Assembly: GCA_903889965.1 (NCBI GenBank)
Contig: CAISZM010000001.1
Location: forward strand, 1,389 to 65,388
Length of the DNA: 64,000 bases
Direction: 5' to 3'
Source: an uncultured Elusimicrobia bacterium
Lineage (GTDB): Bacteria; Elusimicrobiota; Elusimicrobia; Elusimicrobiales; UBA9959
The notes under the pieces are model-generated. The model saw only the letters and a program-made list of their open reading frames with translations, was not told where the DNA came from and ran no database searches. The translations under genes were made by a program, and so were the position numbers. Positions 17,694-26,496 of this stretch are shown in pieces; the first letter of the stretch is position 1; every line of letters starts with the position of its first letter.

Positions 17694-18509
17694 ATGAACG
17701 TAATAAAACCGGTTAACAGGCGCATCACGATAGAAGACCTGCACACACCAGAATGGATGGATATCGTCCTGGAAATGCATTCCATGATGAATGTCCCGCG
17801 GAAAAAGATGTGCCAGTTCGGTTATTGCACGGACAGGAAAAGCCTGGTCCATCGCGCCGAATTCGAATCTTTAAAGCATTGGGAGTATCCCTGGCTTATA
17901 AAACACGGGGAATTTAAGCCCGGGGCTAAAATACTCGATTGCGGCTGCGGCCGCGGCATTCTGCAATTCTACCTGGCAAAAAAAGGTTACGACATAACAT
18001 CCGTGGATATCAGCACCCTTAAAGCCCATCAGGTCCAGGGGTTCTGGAACATCGTGAGGAAGTTGGGCTTGCCGATCCGGGAGGACAAGGCCTCCGCGAT
18101 GAAAGCCATGGCCCGCCGTTACGGCACTTCCGTGGATTTCCATGTGGCGAATATCGCCCGTCTTCCTTTCGCGGACGAGACCTTCGACCATGTTTATTCC
18201 ATTTCCGTGCTTGAGCACATGGCAAAGGGCGAGGATGTGATGGCCATAAGGGAGATGAGCCGGGTCCTGAAAAAAGGCGGGACGATGTTCGTCACCGTGG
18301 ATTTTTCGCCGGTTAAAATGGAGATGAAGGCCTACACCAAGGAAGATATACTTGCCCTGATATCGGCTTCGGGGCTGCAGTTCGACAACGAGTACGATTT
18401 CGAGGTCCATGACTGGGATAAATATCTGAACGAGTTGACCGCCGCGTTCAGCAAGAAAAATAAATGCCAGGTGTCGTCGGCCGCGTTCATGCTGAAAAAG
18501 GCGGCGTAA
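17694..18509 (+). CDS. Class I SAM-dependent methyltransferase
   Basis: Motif I ILDCGCGRGILQFYLAKKGYDITSVDIS, then FDHVYSISVLEHM and LKKGGTMFVTV. Confidence 0.8.
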   Translation: MNVIKPVNRRITIEDLHTPEWMDIVLEMHSMMNVPRKKMCQFGYCTDRKSLVHRAEFESLKHWEYPWLIKHGEFKPGAKILDCGCGRGILQFYLAKKGYDITSVDISTLKAHQVQGFWNIVRKLGLPIREDKASAMKAMARRYGTSVDFHVANIARLPFADETFDHVYSISVLEHMAKGEDVMAIREMSRVLKKGGTMFVTVDFSPVKMEMKAYTKEDILALISASGLQFDNEYDFEVHDWDKYLNELTAAFSKKNKCQVSSAAFMLKKAA

Positions 18510-18555
18510 AGAACGGCCTGGGGGAACTTTAAAAGCGGGGGTAAATAAGGAAGAT

Positions 18556-19398
18556 ATGCCCGGTGACGATTTTTCGAGCCAGCTTATAAAAGCCCGCACG
18601 GCGGCGGGGTTCGATACCGCTTATAAATTCTACCACCGCAACGGCGGGCGGAAACATTTCGGTTTCACTTTTGTGCATTACATGCGCATAGAGAAAGGCG
18701 CCTCCGTACCCAGGCCCGAATGGATGGAGCGGATAATGGTGGCCCTGCGGCTGCTGCCTACCCAGGCGGAGGCCAGGGAGCTGCTGGCCGGCTACCTGCG
18801 CGGCATGCTGGGCGGGGGGCACGGCGCGGAGTACGTGCTGGGCCCGCTCCTGTCCGGGCTGGAAAGCCGGCCGGGACAGCAGGGCTCGATGCAATGGATG
18901 AAGGCGCATTCCTCGGTGCACATGACACCCGCAGAATTCTCCGCGATGGCCGCGAGCGAGACCGCCTACTGGTGCGGCGAAGCCCTCTGCAGCGACGGCG
19001 GCAGCTGGACCCCCGCGGAACTGGCCGGGAAGCTCTCGCTGGACACGAAAGCGGCCGCCAAGGCGCTGGAATCCCTGAAGAAGGCCGGCATAGCCGTAAA
19101 GACCCCGGCCGGAAAATACAAATGCCGCCACCAGGGGAAGTTCTTCACGTACCCCGGCCGGCTGGAAGGCATGGCGCCGCAGCTGCTTGCGGTGACCGGC
19201 TACCTGGACAAGGCGGCCAGATCCGATTTCTTCGAACGGTTCGAACTGGTCCGCGCCGAAGAGGGCGCGATGTCGAACTACAGGCTGCAACTGGCCCAGG
19301 TCATGGACGGGGCTAACGCCTACGCCACGCGTTCCGCCGGGGAAAAAACCGGTTTCTACCTTATAGAGCTCCGTATGCGCAAACTTAAACCTTTCTGA
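18556..19398 (+). CDS. Hypothetical protein with possible N-terminal HTH and central winged-helix (regulator-like)
   Basis: FSSQLIKARTAAGFDTAYKFY...YMRIEKGASVP resembles an XRE-type HTH. WTPAELAGKLSLDTKAAAKALESLKKAGIAV resembles a winged helix. The assignment is weak. Confidence 0.35.
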   Translation: MPGDDFSSQLIKARTAAGFDTAYKFYHRNGGRKHFGFTFVHYMRIEKGASVPRPEWMERIMVALRLLPTQAEARELLAGYLRGMLGGGHGAEYVLGPLLSGLESRPGQQGSMQWMKAHSSVHMTPAEFSAMAASETAYWCGEALCSDGGSWTPAELAGKLSLDTKAAAKALESLKKAGIAVKTPAGKYKCRHQGKFFTYPGRLEGMAPQLLAVTGYLDKAARSDFFERFELVRAEEGAMSNYRLQLAQVMDGANAYATRSAGEKTGFYLIELRMRKLKPF

Positions 19399-19571
19399 CG
19401 GGCCGCGGGCGGGATGGTAACAATATCTGTTACCAAAACCGCCCTTACGCTGCCACTTCGTTCTGGGTCCAAAGACCGGGCTTTTTTTCCCTAATGTCTC
19501 AAGCGCCGACCCGTCGGACCCGCTATACTATATTAAGCAGCAGTTCAGTCGGGGGATTAAAGGAGAAGAAC

Positions 19572-20351
19572 ATGAAAATACTGATCAGCGCGGCCTGTAT
19601 ATTTACGCTTGGAAGCCAGTTGAAGGCTTTAGACCTGCCTTCGGTAAATGCCTCGGACGTGCGCGCCATCAGCGCGGAGACCGTCATGCCGCCCGCGGCC
19701 GCTCCTGCCGTGGTTTCCTCTCAGGACCATTCGGACCCCGGGATCGCCGCTAAGATATCCGTCATCAGGCTCGGTACGGGGGCGGAAAAATCTTCCCTGG
19801 GCGGAAATACCGCCGTCATTACCCCCGGCTGCCACCAGCCCATTGTCTACATTAAGGGCGGGGATATATACAGGGACAACTTCCTGCTGGGACGCAACGC
19901 CGTCGATTTTAAGACCGCCTGCTCGGGCGACGTAGCCTGGACCGGCAACGGCAAGATATACAAGAACACCGGCATGATAGGCCGCGACCCGGTCGAGTAC
20001 AAGATGGCTTCGGGGAACGGCGATATCGTCTGGGTTCAGGACGGCGGTAAGTTGTTCAAGAACACTCTGCACCTCGGTGACGGTCCCGTCTCGTTCGAAG
20101 TAGCCGCCTTGACCGGCGACGTGGCCTGGGTAAACGCCGGCGGGGATGTTTACAAAAATATAAGCCGTCTTGGACATGAAGCCGTAGACTTCGGCATAGC
20201 CGACATGACCGGGGATGTGGCCTGGACGGACAGCAAGGGCTCTCTTTACAAGAACTACGGAGTCATCGCGCATGGCGCCTCCGGGGTGCAGTTATACCCG
20301 GATGGAAGGCTGCTCTGGAACGATGAGAATGGCGGTTACCATATCAGGTGA
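19572..20351 (+). CDS. Secreted protein with 5-6 tandem ~32-aa repeats (beta-propeller-like)
   Basis: ATG 19572 follows AAGGAG. Signal peptide MKILISAACIFTLGSQLKA. Repeats are of the form GDVAW(T/V)xxGG(K/D)(I/V/L)YKNxxxxGxxxVxF. Confidence 0.6.
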   Translation: MKILISAACIFTLGSQLKALDLPSVNASDVRAISAETVMPPAAAPAVVSSQDHSDPGIAAKISVIRLGTGAEKSSLGGNTAVITPGCHQPIVYIKGGDIYRDNFLLGRNAVDFKTACSGDVAWTGNGKIYKNTGMIGRDPVEYKMASGNGDIVWVQDGGKLFKNTLHLGDGPVSFEVAALTGDVAWVNAGGDVYKNISRLGHEAVDFGIADMTGDVAWTDSKGSLYKNYGVIAHGASGVQLYPDGRLLWNDENGGYHIR

Positions 20352-20386
20352 GCCGCCGCCCGCTGTATACTGAATACGGCGGCATA

Positions 20387-20416
20387 AGGCCCCGGCGGGA
20401 AGCCGGGGCCTTTTTG
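20387..20416 (+). terminator. Rho-independent terminator
   Basis: AGGCCCCGGC / GCCGGGGCCT stem with a 5-nt loop, followed by TTTTT. Confidence 0.75.
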
Positions 20417-20549
20417 TACCCGGTATTATTCCGGACGGACCGGCCGCGGTATATCCGCCGCTAAAAAGGGTAGAATAGCCGTGGCAGCTGTTTCGGGGGA
20501 TCAGGAAAAATTATCGTACCCTGCCGGCCTACGGGCCGCGATCCGTGTC

Positions 20550-21401
20550 ATGAAAAAATATAATACCGGTTCATCCTCGCTGGCCTATGAGTGTTTCGGA
20601 CCTGAAGACGGGATCCCCATGGTATTCCTGCATGGCGCCACGGTGGACCATGTCTCCATGAAGAACACTTTTGAGGAATACTTCTCCGGCCTGGACCGCG
20701 AATACAGGCGTGTCTACGTGGACTTACCCGGACACGGGGTTTCCGATTATTCTTTCTTCAGGGCTGATGTGGACAATATGCTCAATGAGGTGGGGGCTTT
20801 CCTGCAGGGGAATTTCGCGAACCCGCCATGCCTGGTCGGCTATTCCATGGGCGGTTTTCTGGCGCTCAAGCTGGCGGAAAAAACGCCTTACCCGGCCATA
20901 TTTCTGGTAGCTCCCCCGGTCTACACCGACAACGACAGGATCGATAAGCCGCCGACGGCGGGGCCGGCCGCGGACGAGTTGAACGAAGAAGAGAGGGGGA
21001 GCGCGGACCGCAGGTATCTGCTGCTGGCGGCGAAAAAGACAGCGGTTACGCTGAAAAGATACAAGGCCAATCTGGCGGCCGGATTCTCCCCGGGGCGCTG
21101 GCTGTACCAGGCCAAATTTTTCCATAACGCCGCTTCGGCGGACATGACCATCGATCCCGGCCGGATCGTGTCGAGAACGGCCTTTCTGGTGGGCCAGCGC
21201 GACCTGCTGGTCGGCTACAGGGACCAGTTCGAGCTGTCTTCGAGGCTGAAGTTCTCGGAGTACCATTCTTTTAACGACTGCGGGCACTTCCTGCCGATAG
21301 AATGCCCGCAATTCGGGAGTATTTTCCGGAACTGGCTGGCCGCCGCGGCGCAGGACTTCCCCACGGAGGCCGCGGCCGCGCCGGCGCAGGTGAAGCTTTA
21401 A
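20550..21401 (+). CDS. Alpha/beta-hydrolase fold protein
   Basis: PMVFLHGATVDH and the nucleophile elbow VGYSMGGFLAL, with a C-terminal ...NDCGHFLPIECP (catalytic His region). The ORF is open from GTG 20481. I prefer ATG 20550. Confidence 0.75.
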   Translation: MKKYNTGSSSLAYECFGPEDGIPMVFLHGATVDHVSMKNTFEEYFSGLDREYRRVYVDLPGHGVSDYSFFRADVDNMLNEVGAFLQGNFANPPCLVGYSMGGFLALKLAEKTPYPAIFLVAPPVYTDNDRIDKPPTAGPAADELNEEERGSADRRYLLLAAKKTAVTLKRYKANLAAGFSPGRWLYQAKFFHNAASADMTIDPGRIVSRTAFLVGQRDLLVGYRDQFELSSRLKFSEYHSFNDCGHFLPIECPQFGSIFRNWLAAAAQDFPTEAAAAPAQVKL

Positions 21402-21405
21402 TGCA

Positions 21406-21429
21406 GGGACCGGCCGGCGGTCCTTTTTG
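21406..21429 (+). terminator. Rho-independent terminator
   Basis: GGACCG / CGGTCC stem with a 5-nt loop, then TTTTT, immediately after the stop at 21401. Confidence 0.6.
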
Positions 21430-21492
21430 ATCGCATGAGCCGGCTTTTATTGCGCGTTTATCCCGCAGGGAGCGATCAAGGGGAGCTTTACC

Positions 21493-21882
21493 GTGGCGAA
21501 AATAATGGTCGTGGACGACGAGAAAGCCATCGTGTACCTTATAAAGGTGCTGATGGAACGCGAGGGGTTCGAGGTGATGGAAGCCTACGACGGCCTGGAA
21601 GCCTATAGGGCGCTGACCGGCGCCGATCCCGCCGCTCTCCCGGACGTTATTATCCTCGACGCTATTATGCCAGGGATGGACGGCTACACATTGCAGTCCA
21701 GGCTGCGGGAAACGGAGCGGCTTAAAAATATACCCGTCATCATCCTCACCGGCAAGGATAGCCGGACCAGGGAGCTGTTCGCCCTTTCGGACAACGTGTT
21801 CTCTTTCCTGGAAAAGCCTTTTGAGCCGAAAGACCTGGTTAAAATTACGAAGGACGCGCTGGGATCGCCAAAGCGGGCCTGA
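21493..21882 (+). CDS. Single-domain response regulator (REC only, CheY-like)
   Basis: IMVVDDEKAIVYLIKVLMEREGFEV, VIILDAIMPGMDGY, PVIILTGK. 129 aa with no output domain. GTG start. Confidence 0.85.
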   Translation: MAKIMVVDDEKAIVYLIKVLMEREGFEVMEAYDGLEAYRALTGADPAALPDVIILDAIMPGMDGYTLQSRLRETERLKNIPVIILTGKDSRTRELFALSDNVFSFLEKPFEPKDLVKITKDALGSPKRA

Positions 21883-21899
21883 ATTTAAGGGTTGGGACC

Positions 21900-23618
21900 A
21901 TGGATAATACTTCCGCCAGTAAAGTTTTTAAAGGAGTCGGCGCTTCAAAAGGCGTAGGCGTAGGGCGGATATTTATCCTGCAGGATTACGGCTCCCTCGT
22001 CAGCCGGAAAGCGCTTCCGGACAGGCCGGAGGCCGAACTTCTCCGCTACCGGGCCGCCAAGGAGCGGGTGTGGCTCCGCTTCCGTCAGGACGCGGCGCAC
22101 ATTTTCAAAGAGCTGGGCCCCGGCAACGGCAATATACTGGACGTGCATGCCCTTATACTGAAAGACCAGGTCCTGAACCAGGAAATAGAGCTGCTCATAA
22201 ATAACGGCAAAAAGGCCGAAGTGGCCGTGGAAACGGTTTTCCGCGAATTATCGGACCGCCAGAAACTGGCGAAGAACGAATACCTGCAGGAGCGGTTCAC
22301 CGTATCGCGCGATATAGGAAGGCAGCTGGTAATAGAGCTGCTCGGCGTACACCGCCTTGAGGTAGTGAGGGGAAAGGGGGACGTGATAATAGTCGCGCGC
22401 GAACTTACTCCTTTCGCGCTGGCCGAACACCCCGACAATATAAAAGGCTTCGCGGTGCAGACCGGCGGGCCTACCGGCCACGCCGCCATACTGGCGCGCG
22501 CCTACAATATCCCGATGGTGCTGGGCATCCCGGACATAGAAAAGGCGGCGCAGGACGGCGCCCAGGCCGTGCTGAACGGCTCCACCGGCGAGCTTATTAT
22601 AAATCCTCTGCCGGAAGTTCTGGCGGATAGTCTGCGGCTCCGCGACCGGGAACTAGTGGCCGCGGACAAGGCCCGGGCCGAAAACGCCTCGCCGCAAACG
22701 AAAGACGGCCGCCGCGTGGATCTGCTGATGAACATAGAGACCACCCGCAATCTGGACGTTTCCAACGCAAACGGGGCCGACGGCGTGGGGCTCTTCCGGT
22801 CCGAATTCCTGTTTATGCACAGGGAAACACCGCCCACCGAGGAAGATCAGTTCCGGGAGTTCGAGAAGGTGGCGAAAGCCTTCTTCCCCCGCAAGGTGGT
22901 CATCCGCACGGTGGATTTCGGCGGGGATAAACAGCCGCCAGCCGGCCTGGAAACCGGGAATTCCTCCTATTCCGGCCTGCGGGGGATAAGGTTTTGCCTG
23001 GCGCACGAGGAGTTTTTCGAAACCCACCTGAGGGCCATACTGCGCGCCGGCGCCGCGGGCAATGTCAGCGTGATGTTCCCGATGGTGCCCGGACTCGAGA
23101 CTTTCCGGAAAGCCAAGGCGCTGCTTAAAAAGGCCAAGGATAAGCTTGAGGCGGAGGGTTTTAAGCTTGGGGCCATGCGGACGGGCATAATGATAGAGGT
23201 GCCGTCCGCCGCTTTAACTGCCGGTGCCCTGGCGCGGGAGGCCGATTTTTTCAGTATAGGCACCAACGACCTTTTGCAATACACCCTCGGCATAGACCGG
23301 GAGGATTCCTCCTACTCCGGCTACGGGCTGTTCCTGCCGCCCAGCATGATACAGCTGGTGCAGCTGGTAGTCGAATCTGCCCATGAAAGGAAGAAACCTG
23401 TCGCGGTCTGCGGGGAACTTGCGCACCATACGCTGGCGGTGCCGCTGCTTATCGGCCTTGGCGTGGATGAGCTGAGCATGGACGCTTCGCATATCCCCGC
23501 TACGCGGCATGATATACGCGCGCTTTCCTACGCCGCGTGCCGGGAGCTGGCGCAAAAAGCGCTCGCGCTGGAAACCCCCGCCGAGATCAGGGAGCTGCTG
23601 AAAAACGCTTTGAAGTAG
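21900..23618 (+). CDS. ptsI: Phosphoenolpyruvate-protein phosphotransferase (PTS enzyme I)
   Basis: Active-site His region GGPTGHAAILARAYNIPMVLG, then GVGLFRSEFLFM, IRTVDFGGDK, FFSIGTNDLLQYTLGIDR, AVCGELA. Confidence 0.9.
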   Translation: MDNTSASKVFKGVGASKGVGVGRIFILQDYGSLVSRKALPDRPEAELLRYRAAKERVWLRFRQDAAHIFKELGPGNGNILDVHALILKDQVLNQEIELLINNGKKAEVAVETVFRELSDRQKLAKNEYLQERFTVSRDIGRQLVIELLGVHRLEVVRGKGDVIIVARELTPFALAEHPDNIKGFAVQTGGPTGHAAILARAYNIPMVLGIPDIEKAAQDGAQAVLNGSTGELIINPLPEVLADSLRLRDRELVAADKARAENASPQTKDGRRVDLLMNIETTRNLDVSNANGADGVGLFRSEFLFMHRETPPTEEDQFREFEKVAKAFFPRKVVIRTVDFGGDKQPPAGLETGNSSYSGLRGIRFCLAHEEFFETHLRAILRAGAAGNVSVMFPMVPGLETFRKAKALLKKAKDKLEAEGFKLGAMRTGIMIEVPSAALTAGALAREADFFSIGTNDLLQYTLGIDREDSSYSGYGLFLPPSMIQLVQLVVESAHERKKPVAVCGELAHHTLAVPLLIGLGVDELSMDASHIPATRHDIRALSYAACRELAQKALALETPAEIRELLKNALK

Positions 23619-23691
23619 TATAGGCGGGGGACTGCCGGAACATGAAAAGGAATGCGCGGGAATGTTATACTATGCTCTCAAGGGGAAAATA

Positions 23692-25347
23692 ATGGCAAGC
23701 AAAATATTATCGGCGCTTTTGATCCTGTCGGCGTTCTGCGCTCCGGGCTTCGCGGCTTCTAACGCCGGGAAATGGGATTTCCGGGACGAGACCATTTACT
23801 TCGTGATGACGGACCGGTTCGTGGACGGCGACACCGGGAATAATAATATCTACGGCGACGAATACCAGCCCGGCAACCTGAAATACTACCAGGGCGGCGA
23901 TTTTAAGGGCCTGATACAGAACCTGGACCACATAAAGGACATGGGTTTCACGGCCATATGGATAACCCCGCCCGTAATGCAGCCCCCGGGGCGCTACCAG
24001 AACCAGGACGGCTCTTACGACGCCGCGGGCTACCACGGCTACTGGGCCTGGGATTTTTCGAAGATAGACCCGCACCTGGAATCCAAAGACGCCACTTACG
24101 CCGACCTGATAAGCGCCGCGCACTCTAAAGGCATCAAGATAATACAGGACATAGTGGCCAACCACGGCCACGGCGGCTACGTGAACCCGTCGGTGAAGTG
24201 GTACGACCGCAAGGGGCAGGTATTCGGCCTGGGGAAGATGTTCGATTATAACAACGACACGCAGAACTGGTTCCACCACAGCGGGCCCGCCATAGCCGAC
24301 CTGCTCGACTTCAACGAGGACAACCCGGAAACGGTCAAATGGTTCGTGGATATTTACAAGGGCTACCAGAACATGGGCGTGGACGCGTTCAGGCTGGACA
24401 CCGTGGCCTGGCTGAAGCCGGAATTCTGGAAAACCTTCACCACCGAACTGCATAAGAACAAGAAGGATTTCTTTATGTTCGGGGAGGTGTGGACGAACGG
24501 CGACTACAACTGGCTGGCGAGCTACACCAACCTGGTCCCAGGCGATTCTATGAACTCGGCCATGAGCGTGCTGGATATGCCGGGGTCAGCCATGAGCAGC
24601 TGGGGACAGCTTGAGCAGGTGTTCAAGGGCGGGGACTATACCCGGGTGGACAGCGTGCTGGCGCAGGACGCTAAATATAAGGACGCCACCTACCTGGTGA
24701 CCTTCATGGACAATCATGACAAGCCGCGCTTTAACGGCCCCGGCTGGGACGGCAGCTCCGCCACCACCGAACAGTATTTCGACGCCCTGAACTATTATTT
24801 CACCGCTCGCGGAATTCCCTGCGTCTATTACGGCACCGAGGTGGAGATGATGGGAGGCAACGACCCGGACAACAGGAAATATCTGGGTACGGACGGGATA
24901 AGAGCCTCAAAAACGGATCCCGTCTACCTGCATCTTAAAAAGCTCAACGCTGTGCGGCGCGCCAGCCCCGCCCTGATGAAGGGCGTCCAAACGCGGCTGT
25001 ACTCTTCCAGGGACCAGTACGCCTTTAAACGGGAATTCAACGGTGAAACCGTTTTTGTGTTCCTTAATAAGGACATGAACGGGGCTTCCGTGTCGCTGGG
25101 AAATATCCCTCCCGCAAGCTATACCGATATCTACAGCGGCGAAACATTCGCCGTGAAAAAGGGCCGGTTCCAGATCAATATACCGGCGCATGGCGTACGC
25201 GTGCTCACCAGCGGCGCCATCAAGGGGGAGCCCTGGAGCCTGCCCGAGAACAAGGACATCGACTTGAAGGCCGCCCCCGCCGCGAAGGACACGGAGTCTT
25301 CCATAGAGGGTGAGGTTAGCCTGCGCGGCTGGCAGGCCAGGCCATAG
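23692..25347 (+). CDS. Secreted GH13 alpha-amylase family glycoside hydrolase
   Basis: Signal peptide MASKILSALLILSAFCAPGFA. GH13 conserved regions: DIVANHG, GVDAFRLDTVAWL, FMFGEVW, TFMDNHDKPRF. Confidence 0.9.
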   Translation: MASKILSALLILSAFCAPGFAASNAGKWDFRDETIYFVMTDRFVDGDTGNNNIYGDEYQPGNLKYYQGGDFKGLIQNLDHIKDMGFTAIWITPPVMQPPGRYQNQDGSYDAAGYHGYWAWDFSKIDPHLESKDATYADLISAAHSKGIKIIQDIVANHGHGGYVNPSVKWYDRKGQVFGLGKMFDYNNDTQNWFHHSGPAIADLLDFNEDNPETVKWFVDIYKGYQNMGVDAFRLDTVAWLKPEFWKTFTTELHKNKKDFFMFGEVWTNGDYNWLASYTNLVPGDSMNSAMSVLDMPGSAMSSWGQLEQVFKGGDYTRVDSVLAQDAKYKDATYLVTFMDNHDKPRFNGPGWDGSSATTEQYFDALNYYFTARGIPCVYYGTEVEMMGGNDPDNRKYLGTDGIRASKTDPVYLHLKKLNAVRRASPALMKGVQTRLYSSRDQYAFKREFNGETVFVFLNKDMNGASVSLGNIPPASYTDIYSGETFAVKKGRFQINIPAHGVRVLTSGAIKGEPWSLPENKDIDLKAAPAAKDTESSIEGEVSLRGWQARP

Positions 25348-25408
25348 CCCCGCGCATTGAGATAAGTAAAATATTACCGGAGTATCAGCTTCTCCTACCT
25401 GGAAATGT

Positions 25409-25436
25409 AAAAAGCCCCTTAACCAAGGGGCTTTTT
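25409..25436. terminator. Bidirectional terminator between convergent genes
   Basis: AAAAGCCCC / GGGGCTTTT stem with loop TTAACCAA. A- and T-runs flank it on both sides. Confidence 0.7.
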
Positions 25437-25487
25437 ACATTTGGGGGGCAGCCTTTAGTATTGCCAGGCTGGCTCCGCGGCGGCTGG

Positions 25488-26273
25488 TCAGGGCTTGATC
25501 GTGTAGCCCAGGCCGCCGGCGGGCTGTACGGACGGTAAGATGTCATCTTTCGTGAACGGGATATTGTCATCGCCGACGCTGAACAAATAATACTGGTTCG
25601 GGTTGATCAGCTCGTAGTAAAGCATCCTGGGAGCGCCGCTGGCATCGGTGCGGGACGGGTCATACGCGATGGCGGCCGACCCGGCAGGCAGGGAACCGAT
25701 CAATTCGTTCAGGCTCTCCGGGTATTTCCCGGTCTTCACCTTGTAAAACTCTATCGCCTGTACCGCCTGGTCCGCCACGGTCACCGTCAGCTTCGACCGC
25801 AAGTCGGCAAAAACCCCGGTGCGCCTGACCAGGCCAAAATAATATAAAGAGCCGAACAGGAGCAGGGACAGGAGGATACCGCACATGCCGATAAAAGCGA
25901 GTTTGGGCCCGCCTTTTCTCGCCGTGAATATGCCCCAGATGATGGCGGCAATGCCGAACACGATCCCGATGCCCGGAATGAAAGACAGCCCCGCGATGAC
26001 GTAAGGGAATGCGCCAAGGTTCTTATTCCCTTCAGCTTTCCATTCCGCCTGCCAGGCGTCGTCTCCCTGTACAGCGGCGCCGCAGGACCCGCAGAATTTA
26101 GCTTCGGGGCTGTTTTCAGCCTGACATTTTTCGCATTTCACGGCCGTTCCCGCGCCGGCATCGGGGTTCCCGGGGGCGGCGGCGTTTCCGGGCCGGCCGC
26201 ACGGTGCCCCGCATTTGCCGCAAAAACCGGCATCATCCTCGTTTTGAAAACCGCATTTACCGCATTCTTTCAT
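25488..26273 (-). CDS. Double zinc-ribbon / 2-TM / GspG-like (pseudopilin globular domain) fusion protein
   Basis: CGKCGFQNEDDAGFCGKCG and CEKCQAENSPEAKFCGSCG form two zinc ribbons. Two long hydrophobic segments follow. The C-terminus AIEFYKVKTGKYPESLNELI...YYELINPNQYYLFSVGDDNIPFTKDDILP resembles the T2SS GspG C-terminal domain. Confidence 0.55.
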   Translation of the reverse strand: MKECGKCGFQNEDDAGFCGKCGAPCGRPGNAAAPGNPDAGAGTAVKCEKCQAENSPEAKFCGSCGAAVQGDDAWQAEWKAEGNKNLGAFPYVIAGLSFIPGIGIVFGIAAIIWGIFTARKGGPKLAFIGMCGILLSLLLFGSLYYFGLVRRTGVFADLRSKLTVTVADQAVQAIEFYKVKTGKYPESLNELIGSLPAGSAAIAYDPSRTDASGAPRMLYYELINPNQYYLFSVGDDNIPFTKDDILPSVQPAGGLGYTIKP

Positions 26274-26496
26274 GATCCTCTCCTGGCCGCCCTACGGACC
26301 TGTCAACCGCGGCTCAACTGAAAATAACGGGGAGTGTGTAACCGTCCCGTATAATTGAAACATATTTTAAAACTTAAATCAGCCGGCAGCCCGGTTCCCG
26401 GGAATAAAGCCGGCGGCGAAAAGACCGCGCCGCCCATTCACCCGGGGAACCTCTGAGTTGTCATCCCCATCGACGCCGCTCCGGTAGTTCGCCGGG

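Noticed and set aside
18605-18619. tRNA T-arm-like GGGGTTCGATACCGC, with similar GGTTCGAA strings at about 19240 and 47000
   Set aside because: All lie inside well-supported coding frames, and no acceptor, D or anticodon arms can be built around them.
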